This document shows positions 52,527 to 64,000 of a stretch of DNA of 64,000 nt, piece by piece. The notes beneath the pieces are model-generated. The model saw only the letters and a program-made list of their open reading frames with translations. It searched no databases and was not told the DNA's origin. Every line of letters starts with the position of its first letter. Within the stretch, counting starts at the first letter, position 1. Source of the DNA: Nitrospirales bacterium (lineage in GTDB: Bacteria; Nitrospirota; Nitrospiria; Nitrospirales; UBA8639); contig CBDBCZ010000014.1 in assembly GCA_965203295.1 (NCBI GenBank), forward strand, positions 256,001-320,000, in the 5' to 3' direction. The translations under genes and the position numbers were made by a program.

Positions 52527-55339
52527 GTAAGTTTAGTACTGTGATATTGATATTGAATTCATTGTAGTGGACATTCTAAGTCAAAGAAAGTGACTTGAAA
52601 AGGGTTCGGGGGAGATTTTTTCCTATTGCCCTAGGGAAAACCTGTTTTATACTCCAATTAAAATAGAGTTGGTTAAATTTTGCAATATATGTACCTCCCT
52701 ATTAAGTATATCCCACGCATCATCAGACACAAGGGAAAACTTCTCTACCTGCATCTCGTCTCTCCTCAACCTTTATTCCATCTTTATACCATGAACAGCC
52801 TATGCCCTAGATACGTATATAACAGCAGTATGTGAATAGTTTGTAGCTCACTAGTTGAATAATTTGGGATTGATGGAGATGTAGGTTATTATGTATGTGA
52901 TAGTTTGAGTTTACATACAAGACACTATGGTCTAAGCATTAAATTTACAGCAAAAGGCAGAGGTACATGGGTCCATTCTTTCATTAGTTTCTCCTACATA
53001 ACACCAGGTCTATAGTAGCAAACATATACAGCTGTACGTATACCTGCAGAGGGCCAGTTGTTCCATAGTCAGTGGCAATGCAGTGTAAGTGCATTGTGAT
53101 GCTACAACCTTACTATCAATTACTGGCATGTAGGTGCCTAAAATATAGTACATTACACGTTCTTGAGTCATGCAGTCGCAAATATAATGTACTATTTAAT
53201 ATCGATTTTTTTCTCACAACAGTGGTGTCTCCTGAACCCACACCAGATGGTTAGTTGTTTTTTGTACATTTTGTAGGCTACCATGAGGTTGTATAAAACA
53301 ATTTGCTACTATACCTAGCTGTCCTTGGCTCTGTAGTTTTTGATGTACATGTATAGCATCTGAAATGTTCTTCTTATAGGACGCACCAGTGTTACTGGAA
53401 CTATAACAGCATCGGTGGTGGCCTCTGTTGTTCTCATCATATCATTGGTTATTGCAGTCGCAACATTTTGTTGGAAAAGAGCAAGCAGGCCTAATAAACT
53501 TAGCACCAGGTACTGCTGGGTCCTGGAAATGAGGCACAGCTACATTGTAACTTACGTACATTGGAGCCCAGACTTTGTAGTAATGATACACCCTAGTATA
53601 TAATATCGTACATTGGAAGGCATAACTCGTCCCATAATGTTGTGTTGTGTAGTGATTCCATTGCTTTTATATAGGGAAGCGCCATCGCAATCTAATGCTC
53701 TGGCTGTGCGTGTTCAAGGTACGTAAAACCCATCTCATCTAATCACATTTGGGAAGTATTATGTCACTGATTCAACAGGTGATGAGTCGCTGGCTTCCGT
53801 TGAGCTTATGTCACTGCCACAGACTTTAATCATACCAGCCAGTCAACTGCAACTAAAGGACACACTAGGGCAAGGTAGGTATGAACATCTATTGTATGAA
53901 ATAGCGGATCCTGCAGAAGGGTTAACTGGGCAGTTGAAAAGGTGTCTACGTAGTTAATGCCAGGAATTTGTTTGATTTGTTTAATTTTAAGAAGCTACCA
54001 TATGGGATGATTTCAGATGTACTAGCTTTTGTAGATGAGCTATACATGAAAGAAGGTTCACTCACAGAAGAAATGGTGTGAAGGAACAGACAAGTATTTA
54101 CATGTTTTAGTTGAGACTAGTGCTTTCTCTTTGAAGTGTGAAAAATAGGTGCGCACCACAGCTGTGGGGCCAATAACTAAGTTCATCAACATTTTAGTGT
54201 GCTAGTCTGGTGGATTTGCAAAATCATGTGACTTTTCACTATGTAATTCTTCCTTCTGCCCAAATAGGGGAGTTTGGAATCGTCTATAAGGCCTATTTTA
54301 AGCGTTATGTGGATTCAGAGACAGAAGTTGTTGCTGTAAAAACTCTCAAAGATATTAATTAATGCATTGTTTCCAAAATGCAAGAAAATAGTGGCTTCTC
54401 CTTTGTAGGGTTGTTTACTACCCAAGCTGAGCATGAATTGGTTGAAGAAGTTCTGAAGATGCAAGATTTCCACCATAACCACGTCATGTCACTCACTGGA
54501 GTGTGTCTGGACGGCGGTGCAGGTCCAGCCATTGTGATGCCATATATGGCACATGGTAGCTTGTTGGATTATTTGCGAGGGAAGAGGGTCAACATACTCT
54601 TGGATGAGGATGCTTCTCCAGAGAAGGTTCAGTTGTACTGTATGGTGGGAAATTTCCTCCAGGGGAAAATTTCACCAAAATTTGCTACTATTGTTGCCTT
54701 TTATTGATCACCAAGCAGTAGCAAGGTTTCTTGCATGGTTCATACATACAATAGTGGTCTGCACAGCATAGCGGGCCATACAAATGGTGTGGTCACACCA
54801 GACTATGGTCTACCGGTCAGTGAGCTTACTGTGATATGCAAGAACTTGCATGCGTCTTACTAGAGTCATGAGCTAATCTAATTTACTTGGCAAATATGAC
54901 GGTAAACTGCTTTCATTGACAGAAAAAAATTTGGAATAGCCCACCGTAAATGTACCGGTATGTGATTACTGAAGATTAGGCATGATTACACCTACAAATG
55001 TACTGTTTCTCTTTCACATACATGAGCTCCATTTTGGCTATTCTACCAATTGTGGTACCAAACTAGATCATTGTACTGGCCATTAAGTACTGCCGGTGCC
55101 AAGTGCCCAACATGTGCTGTGTTTGTACCTTCACTATACCTTAACTAGGCAGTATGATTATGAGTAAGCACAAATCAGTATGGATTTCAGATGAGTGTCT
55201 TTACCCTAATAACAGATTTCAGGAACACAGAAGTTCCTCCTCAACATATGCCTACAGATTGCTGAAGGGATGGAGTATCTTGCACGAGAGAAAGTTGTTC
55301 ACAGGGATCTCGCTGCTCGAAACTGCATGTAAGTATACT

Positions 55340-56330
55340 TAGACCATACATGAATAATTAATGAGCATATTCCTTTGATGTTTTCCGGTTAGTCAGTCCA
55401 GGGCGATTAAGTAGGTTAAACCCCCGCTTGCCCTTTGAAGTCGCCGGTTAGTCCAGGGTAGTTTAATAGACCCTTTGAAGTCAGCCGGTTAGTCCAGGGT
55501 AATTTAACAGAGACAATTAAACATAAGTGCTTAGTATGTACAAACGCTTAGTATGAATGAAACAGTACAAAACTATTTTTAAAAGCAATTGGCTGGCTAT
55601 TAAAATCTAAAGATCTGTGTTCACTTCTGCCTCGGAGGCCAAACAGCCTGCAGTTGCACCATAGATAATAGAGTAGCTACTCTATTATCTATGGTTGCAC
55701 CAATAGACGGCATAGGTAAGGCCCCAGCCACTATTTAACGAAAAAATTGCGAGGCCTCATAGCTTCTTTTCTTGTTCCAATGACAATGGCTGCGCTTGCT
55801 TGGCATCTGTTCCAACGCTCACCTTCATCAGCGTCTTCATTTGTGCATCAAGGGTACTACGAGTGTGTGCAAAGCGATGGTCTTTGACACCAAAAATTAA
55901 GACAATAGGTTGGCCATTCTCTCGAAAGTGACGTTGTGTTCCTGCAACCAGCTGCATCTGGGTGGCTGGGGGTAGCTAAGGTGTTTCGACTTGGCTTACA
56001 TCAAGGCAACAGATCTGCCGCACTATTGCATTCTCAGGTAAAGGAGATCCAAACCGCTTACTGTTTTCTTTGTTACCGATCTTGAAATAGTAGTCTGCAA
56101 GCTTCTATAATAGGTAGTTCAATACAATTTGCATTCACTGTGGTGTGGTACTTGCCTAGAAAAGCTATACTTACCTTGTATACTCGCTTTGCATACCGCA
56201 CGTTTGGAATGCGTTCGAGTGGGCGGATACTACATCGCATTTATAAAAACTACGTATTATCCGCCCACCCCCCTCTTTCAGCTTGCACTTAAGTGGCCCG
56301 CCCATGGGCGGATAATACGTACTTTACAGT
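55340..56330 (-). mobile_element. Crypton-like (tyrosine-recombinase transposon) relic in the intron between the HRD and DFG exons of copy D
   Basis: Frameshifted SYPPAT-QMQLVAGTQRHFRENG...DHRFAHTRSTLDAQMK.L...VG...KQAQPLS.EQE.KL resembles the conserved region upstream of the Crypton/ZMYM DUF3504 recombinase. Absent from copy A. Boundaries are approximate. Confidence 0.7.
55660..55693. mobile_element. 34-bp perfect palindrome with a 7-bp TSD (P-element-like ends)
   Basis: gttgcac|CATAGATAATAGAGTAGCTACTCTATTATCTATG|gttgcac. Confidence 0.7.
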
Positions 56331-58014
56331 ATATTAAGTTATAGTACCATTGGTTATGTATGTATTGCCAAATGATCAAGGTCATGATTTCTCTACATAG
56401 GATTGATGCTAAGGGGATCATCAAGGTGGCCGATTTTGGTCTGTCAGAGGACATCTACACCAGCAACTACTATCGGCAGGGAAAAGAGGAGGAGACAAAG
56501 CTCCCCATTAGGTGGATGGCAGTGGAGAGCATAGTGGATGGCATCTACTCCGAGAAAAGTGATGTTGTAAGACACATTAATTATAAAAATGAAGCAAATG
56601 CCTGCATGTTTAACATACGTACTTGAAGAATGCTCACTAGCTACAAGAAATCACAACTAGCTAATTCATTACTACAAAGCACAGAACTATTAAACTCAGT
56701 CCTACAAATGATGTACAATGATGGCTCATGATTACAAGGAAAGACTCTATTCTGTCACTCAATAATAGTGGGTATTCCTTAGCAAAAATTTTATAATCAA
56801 CTATTTTGTCAGAGGCTATAGCTATAAGCAAGGTTTTGCATGCCTAGTTTACAGTAAAAGTATACCATTCAATGTGGGAGCAATGATAGCTACACTTCCT
56901 ATAACATCAATGCTTTCCAACTGCCATTCAGTGGTCATTCGGTGTCACAATGTGGGAGGTGTATAGTGGAGGAAAACTTCCATATCCTGGAGTAACCACT
57001 TCGGCATTGATTCGAAAAGTGGCAAGTGGAGAGAGGCTTTCTAAGCCAGAGAATGCTGCCTGCTCAGATGAAGTGTAAGCATTATATATTAAAGTCCTAA
57101 TGCAGCATATCTTTTCCAAGTGATGTTTAGTCTGGTTTCATGTTATCAACTTTATCAGTATTGGCTTGTATAGGCTTGTATACCTATGTGCATCCACCTA
57201 AATGGTGGGGGTAGGTCACGTTCACACTGAATGACACATAATAACTTCTACTATTCATTGCCTTTCAACTAGCAGCTGCAGCCTGCAATATATTGATTTT
57301 GAGCTGAACATGCTTATGACATTCTATTGTAGCTAGCTGTTACTTATTCCATCTTCCTTCCAGCTATTCCTTTATGCAGCTGTGCTGGGTGGAAGTTGCA
57401 AAATTAAGGCCACACTTCCATAATCTGGTGACCACAATTTCAAATACCTTAGAGTCTATTGCCGGCTACCTAGGCCTTCAGCAGTCTGTCAGTTTGATTG
57501 AAAGAGTCAAGCAAGACTACGCACGTAACCCTGAGATGCCAAATCTGGGAGGAGAGGAAGAACAGATGGATGGAAATGAAAGGGCAGAGGGGTGCATGGA
57601 TACAGAATGCGGAGGAGAAGGAGCCATAGAAAAGGAGAAAGAAACGAGCATTGAGAGTCACGTTAATTGGGGAGAGTGCTAGCAATTTATGACCATGCAC
57701 ATATTAGCATATCGGATGCTATCTATGATATTAGCCACTGTGTAGATGTAGTATGTCAAAACTTAAAACTACAGAAAAAATGGTTTATTAAAATGGCATT
57801 ATTAGTGTGCATTTCCTTGTCTTTTACGTATTAGTGCTTGTATTTAAGTATATACTCTGTATTGGCTGTGTCTATGCAGACTTGTACTTATGATTCTGTC
57901 TTGAGAGTAACCACCTATTACCTTCACATAGAGTAGCAACGGTACAGCATAACCCTCTGCAGTGTACATGTACACTTGTGCTAATAGTTAAGTGTCACTA
58001 GTACCATAAACTAA

Positions 58015-60515
58015 GTGGCTGAGGGGACAGCTGCTACACACTGAGGTCTGCTCTCAGGCTGATCAAGACGAGGTAAGTGTTGGTTTAGTTAACTGAAACT
58101 GAAAAAAAGTCTTTTAGTAGGATCAAAAACAGATTTAGCTAACAACTAAACTTTGAACTTCATAAGTGGGAATAAGACTATTTAACCAAAATCAATTTAG
58201 TTATGGTTAACTAAAGTGCTATAGGTGTGCTGTGTATTTTAGTAATCATTTTTCATAATAGTTGGTTAATTAAAGCTGAAGTTAAATCACTCCATACTAA
58301 TACAATAACACTTGTAGTATTTGCTAGACGTGATGGATTGTTGGTATAACATTTACTAGTGCAACTCATACTCTGACAGTTTTGTAGTTCCCCACTCTTC
58401 AACTCTTTAGCTACAGGATCCACTGGCTATGGTACAGCTGACATGCTGTCATGGGACAGAGAACCCTCTTGTAGTTGTTGCTATGGTAGTTACTGATTTC
58501 TCTCAAGTGTTGGGCTTCATCGTGATCATGTCCCTGGTTTTGTTAGTTTGTCAGAACTCCACTGCTTCCAGTTGCATCATGATGGAAGACTTATGCAATG
58601 CCCCGAGTCCGCTACAATTGCACTGACTGCACCTCCTTGGAGCTGTGCATTTGATTGGTCGGACTACCTGTGGGTGTGTCTGCCAGGTGAACAGGAACCA
58701 CTGGTGTGTTACAAGCCTGAGGGAGGAAGAGTGAATTGCAGCTGTCCGTGTTATTTAAGTGCCACATTTTCCTTCATAGACGTTCCTTTTATGTAGCTAG
58801 TTCAGGAAGCTACAGCATCAAGAACTCCCACTGTTAGCCAGTTTGTGTCATTGGGAGCATTTTAAAGTATGTCTAGGGCATTTAGATTAGGTTTTGATTA
58901 TGGGTTTGATCATTAATTAAGTTGTTTGCTACTCCCAGTCTCCAGCTGTTAGTTGTCTTGTCTTCCCACTCCATTCCAAAAATTTAACATTATGGAATGG
59001 AGACTAAGAATCAGACAGTACTGGTGCGCAGCTAGTCTCGTGCCCAGACCGTCGCTCCTCCCCCTCGCTGTGACGGTCTGGCAGCTTGATTTGAATTTCT
59101 TGATTCTAACACCTCAGTGATCTGGAATTTCAAAGCACGAATCAAATCGCGGAAAAGGTAATTAACGTGTATGACATCACCGAGCGAGCGTATAATCAAA
59201 TAACAAAGCTGTCACTGCACTGGCTATGGCTATTGTCGAAGACGACGACTGCTCGCAACTTTCCGGTCATCTCCAACTTGGTTTTACAGCAGTCTGTACC
59301 GCGCCATCTGCAACCAGAGCGGCAAGTTCAAAATCCGGGTTGTCCAGTAAAACCGAACGCGTACCACAGAGTACCTAGGCACGCTCTTATTGCTAGCTGA
59401 AGCTTCAGGAACGTTGCTAACTGTACGAAGATATAGGGCCTAGCATCCTCACAGAAAGTACAACAAAGAACGTTTGATCTCTTGATCATTGCATTTTTGA
59501 CATGCAAACACCTTTCAATTATTAACGCTCTCACGTTCGTAAGACACGCACGTAAGACACGCACGCCTCTGTAACAGGAATTTAAAATCAAGCTACCAGA
59601 CACTCTTCGCCGGAAAGGCGTGGGTGTCTGGGCACGAGACTAGTGCGCAGCTAGGGAGAAAGTCAGAGGAGGTTGGACACGCATTCATAACATGCGCAGT
59701 CACGTGCCTTTTGCTGCACTTTATTACATTCCACGTTGCATTCCAGCATGCAATTAGCTCACTGAGAAGGTAAGCATAGCTCGTTATAAAGCTGCAATAG
59801 CGTGTAGATTGCTGTAAGATGGCTGGAACGGACCTATACGGGCAGTATCTTTCTGTTACTAGATAGAATTCAGTATGTAGTCTCGTCTTGCCGATAGCTA
59901 GATATTTAAACGACCGTAGCTCTGCAATGACCCAGGGGTTGAACGGGGTTGGCACGATATTCTGAATCTACTTCAGGAGAGCTTTCGAAAGATGTCTATT
60001 CCTTGGGAATACGCTTAAAGACTAACGAGAAAACTTTTTAGCGCTTTTAATACAGAAATCTCCATAGAGAATCGCGTACGCGCGTATGTCACATGACCGT
60101 GTCCAACCTCCTCTGGGAGAAAGTAGATACGTAGCGCACTTCTAGGTTTTCCCTCAGTATGATAAAACCTGGTGGATGCATGAAGAATGAAGCATCCATT
60201 GCACCAGCAGTCCTGGGATTAAAGATTTCTCAACAGTTACTCTCCACATCTTTATTGCTGCAGGGTGTACAGGTAATGGGAGAGACTATTCGAAAACGGC
60301 TCTTTGACAACATGTCTGCGTACCTCACATGTGCATGCAAGGAAGAGAGACTAAAAGTGAGGGGTGCTCAGAAACTTTTTGAGATCAAGAGTGAGCAAGA
60401 GGAGGCAAGACCCAGAGCTCCCAAAACAGCGAAGGTGGAGGAAGAGACTGTAGCTAGTGGAGTACCACAGCAGGCAGAACTCTTAGCTGGATGCAGCCAT
60501 GCATGGAATATGTAA
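58015..60515 (+). pseudogene. WDR4: 5'-truncated, frameshifted WDR4/TRM82-like gene (tRNA m7G46 methyltransferase non-catalytic subunit)
   Basis: Exon remnants: 58016-58072 (WLRGQLLHTEVC...), about 58417-58491, 58547-58730 (PWSCAFDWSDYLWVCLPGEQEPLVCYKPEGGR), about 58797-58866, and about 60264-60515 (KRLFDNMSAYL...KEERLK). These recall the WDR4 C-terminus (VWDVAF...LWVL....APLVLY; FDNVTSYLKKKEERL). Phase mismatches and an in-frame TAA are present. Confidence 0.65.
59033..59642. mobile_element. Non-autonomous AcademH-like element
   Basis: 17-bp TIR TAGTCTCGTGCCCAGAC / GTCTGGGCACGAGACTA; 9-bp TSD gtgcgcagc. Confidence 0.85.
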
Positions 60516-60661
60516 TAATATCATTATATGGTAATAATTAAAAGTCTGGAATGAGGGCTCATACCACACAAGTCATCGAGTAGTTAGGCCTCCAGATATC
60601 AGAACTATAGTTAGCTTGCGTATTAAAGTGGTAGATCTGTATCGCCGAGAATAAACAGAAA

Positions 60662-63600
60662 ATGGCAGGAACATTTGCAGGTAAATGTACAAAGCAAAAA
60701 CGCATGATTGTAGAAGGTAATTATTATCCCTATACATTTCAAGCCTCAGGGCTATTTTGTGTCTAAAAGCCTTGAATTTGAAAATGTAGTAACTTTGTAG
60801 AATGAGGCTGTGGGTACAAATACATGTACTGAAACTACATTATATCTTTCCCCAACTGTAGGTTTTGAGTCCTACAGGCTCAATGGGGTACAACTGACTG
60901 AGGACGAGTTTGGTCGAGGATCATACGCTGTGGTCCTGAGACTCGAGTACAGAGGACTCAAGTGTGCAGGAAAGCAGCTCTACCCTGTCCTCTATGAGCA
61001 AGGAGTGGGGGATACCATTCGTCACTTTGAGGAAGAATGCCGGCTGCTAGCCCAAATGCGACATCCAAACATTGTGCAGTTCATTGGTGTCTACTTTGAG
61101 GAGGGCTCTCATGTTCCGATCCTCGTCATGGAGTTCCTCCCGACCACTCTCGCCAGGTGTATTGATACATACGGTGTTATGCCTGTGGAAATCAGCTATT
61201 CCATACTTTACAACGTGGCCCTGGGTTTGTACCACCTTCACAGCCATACTCCACCCATCGTACACCGAGACCTGTCAGCAAATAATGTCCTCCTTGCTTC
61301 CAACACGACCGCCAAAATATCAGACCTGGGGGTGGCCAGGATTTTGAATCTGACTCCCAGACAAATGAGTCGCATGACAAGTACCCCAGGCACACCTTCC
61401 TACATGCCACCTGAGGCAATGAGAGCAAACCCCAGGTATGATGCAAGCATCGATCAATTCTCATATGGCATTTTGATGATCCACATTCTAAGTGGCAGGT
61501 GGCCCCTGCCACTTCGTGAGCCAGTCTGTGTCAATCCTGAAAATCGAGCTCAGCTACTTGCAGTGTCAGAGGCTGAGCGTCGAGATGAATATCTCCGAGA
61601 TATCGGCAACACCCACCCCCTGATGGACCTGATCCTTAGGTGTGTCAGCAATGACCCACAACAGAGAGCCACAGCTCCACAGATGATTCAGCAAATGGAG
61701 CACATGACGCGTGACTCCCCACCTGCCTTTGCCAACCGAGTGGAAATGCTCCAACAAATCAGAGCTGATGCGACTGCAAAGGGAAGCTTGAGGGAAGAGA
61801 ATGAGACGTTTACAGCAGAGTATGAGCAAAACCAGCTAGAAAGGGAGGAGCTCATTCAACAGCATCAAGCTGAAGTGGAGCAGGTTCGCACTGAGATGAG
61901 AGCTCAGAATGAGACATATCAAGCTGAGATTAGGGCTCAGAATGAAACACATCAAACCGAGATGATGGCTCAGAATGAGGCACATCGAGCTGAAGTGGAG
62001 CAGGTTTACACTGAGGTAACGGCAGAATTGAATGCCCTTAGTACAGCCGCACAGACACAGCTGAGGGGAGAAATTCAAAGACTAGAGCAGCTGGCTCAAC
62101 TTCGTCAGGAAGAGATTGAACGATCTGAAATCGCACACTCGATTGAGATTGTGGAAACACGCCTTCAACTTCAAGAAGCCCTTCAAGTGGAGTTAAGGGC
62201 ACAAACTGAGACACATCAAGCCGAGATGAGGTCTCAGAATGAGACGCACCAAGCTGAGATGAGGGCTCAGAATGAGACGCACCAAACCGAGATGAGAGCC
62301 CAGAATGAGAGTCACCAAGCCGAGATGAGGGCTCAGAATGAGACGCACCAAGCCGAGATGAGGGCCCAGATTGAAATGCACCAAGCCGAGATGAGGGCCC
62401 AGATTGAAATGCACCAAGCCGAGATGAGGGCCCAGAATGAAATGCAGGAAACTGAGATCAGAGCTCTGAATGACAAACATCAAGCTGAAGTGGAGCTTGT
62501 TCACACTGACATGAGAGCTCAGAATGAAGCCTGGAAACATGAGATAAGAAGCCTCATAAATGAACTTAGCAGTCTACAAAGCGAAGTATCGAGGTTGAGG
62601 GGGGTAAATAAAAGACTACAAGCAACAGTCGGATCGAAGAACGAAACAATCCAGTCAAACGTTAGTGAGATCTCATCACACAAAGTTGCCTTAACCAGCA
62701 AAGATGCAACCCTCACCCAGAAGGAGTTTGAGTTAGCCTCCAAGAATACCATCCTCGAGCGCCAGTCTTCCACCATTCGAGAGCTGAATGAGCAACTAAC
62801 TCGAGCAAGGGAGCTCCTATCAGGACAGAAGCCACAGGTACGACTATTGCAGCTTTTCTTGACATACCATAGTCTCAAGAAACCACTAAATACAATTACA
62901 CTTCTGCTATTGGTTTGGCATATTATTATGCAAAATGAAGACATAAACAAAGATTGGCCTGCTACCCAACCTCTAATTAACACATATTCATGGTAACATT
63001 GTTACCAGCAACCACAGCCTGTTTCCATGAATATGTCTAGCTATGAACCAGTCCGAATTAATGTGAGAAACGACAATGAGAGGTTATAAAATAGTAGCCT
63101 CGTTCCCAGGCTCCAGCCCCCAGCTTTTTGATTAAAAGCTGGGGGGTGGAGCCTGGGAACAAGGCTAATAAAATAGACAAACTGGTACTCTAGAATGTGT
63201 AACTCCTCCTCCAGTTAACTAACTACCCCATTTTGAAAAAATTGCGAGTGTGGACAGTCCTTGTTGCAAGATATCAACTCCACTCACTTCCAACTACTTC
63301 TAGTTTATGGGGGATCTAACTTTTTGAGTACGTACAAGCCCATAAAGTTAAACTGTCACTGATAAAGTGCCCATGGGCTGTTAGGTATGTAGGCTATGTC
63401 CATAACAATAGCAGGGATGTCCCTGACAATCTTTGTACATACGAAATAGAAAGATAATAACTTTTTTATTCCCTCATTGGACTTCCTAGCCAAAACACAA
63501 ATGAATTTTTTGGAACAATATGATGTAATTACAATATTCCACAGTCACTAGTAACCATGCACTAGGAAGAACAGACCTCATACATCTTCAGAGTGGCTAC

Positions 63601-64000
63601 CTCAATATTTCATGATTTCATACAGAAAATGTCATATCCAGTAACCCTCTTTCATTGCTTTAAGTAATAACCATTCCTGTTGCTATGTTATCTCTTGTGA
63701 TGCAGCCTTTGGCATTCTTAATGAGGAACTGTATGCTTGTGATCACTCAACCATATATTGCAATGATGTGATATGTGCTCATTACATCGTACCCATCCTC
63801 TATTATTGCACACAGCCCCACCCCGTACACCCACATTGTCAAGCCAAGATCACTTGGGAGCTATACAGAGATCTGCCTGTGAAGATGTCTTATGTACAGA
63901 CTGTTGTTATCAGGGACAGAGTGTACTGTGGTGGTGGTACTGCTGCAGGTGATGATCAGTACCGGGTCTTCTGCTACAGTCCATCAGAAGACTTATGGAA
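60662..64000 (+). CDS. Cytoplasmic protein kinase - long coiled coil - Kelch-repeat protein (runs off the window)
   Basis: Phase-compatible exons 60662-60680 (MAGTFAG), 60862-62837 and 63816 to the window end. Kinase motifs: GRGSYA, CAGK, HPNIVQFIG, HRDLSANN, DLG, GT.SYMPPE. The last exon, W....DLP..MS....V....VYCGGG....VFCYSP..D.W, is Kelch-like. Confidence 0.88.
62194..62480 (+). repeat. 33-nt coding minisatellite (11-aa unit HQAEMRAQNET)
   Basis: About 8 tandem units; looser units at about 61860-62000. Confidence 0.9.
63095..63167. mobile_element. 73-bp TAG...CTA mini-element (AcademH-like)
   Basis: tagcctcgttcccaggctcca ... tggagcctgggaacaaggcta; 9-bp TSD ataaaatag. Confidence 0.8.

Noticed and set aside
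62194..62480. 33-nt repeats as a CRISPR array
   Set aside because: No unique spacers, in-frame coding repeat, eukaryotic context and no cas genes.
60810..62996. 728-aa ORF taken as the whole protein
   Set aside because: The GTG start and the last about 50 codons are intronic. A better model uses the ATG at 60662 and splices at 62837 to a Kelch exon.

Overview
Intron-rich animal genomic DNA, probably from a demosponge; this is inferred from the gene families and repeats, not shown directly. Most of the window (about 3.7-58 kb) is a four-copy cluster of one receptor gene. I rebuilt the gene by eye from GT-AG exons: signal peptide - IgGFc-binding (FCGBP N-terminal-like) domain - two Calx-beta domains - poly-Asp tract - single TM helix - MET/InsR-like tyrosine kinase. 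Copy A (minus, 14081->4391, 16 exons, 3714 nt, about 1237 aa) is the only one with an intact kinase path. Tandem copies B (23104->16489) and C (36595->28789) end just after the TM exon and have no kinase exons. B also has a 1-nt frameshift before the TM and looks like a C/A unequal-crossover hybrid. Copy D (plus, 39499->57682) is inverted and head-to-head with C; it has all exons but a GT->AT splice-donor mutation inside the kinase. The 3' edge of the A/D homology falls inside a 5'-truncated WDR4/TRM82-like gene relic. Flanking genes are the 3' exons of a multipass membrane protein (294-2726) and a kinase - coiled-coil - Kelch gene (60662 to the window end). Introns and spacers hold several LINEs, a CRE-like retroelement, a Crypton relic, and pogo-like, CACTG-ended, AcademH-like and P-like miniature elements. 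Domain and family names come from motif recognition, not database searches.
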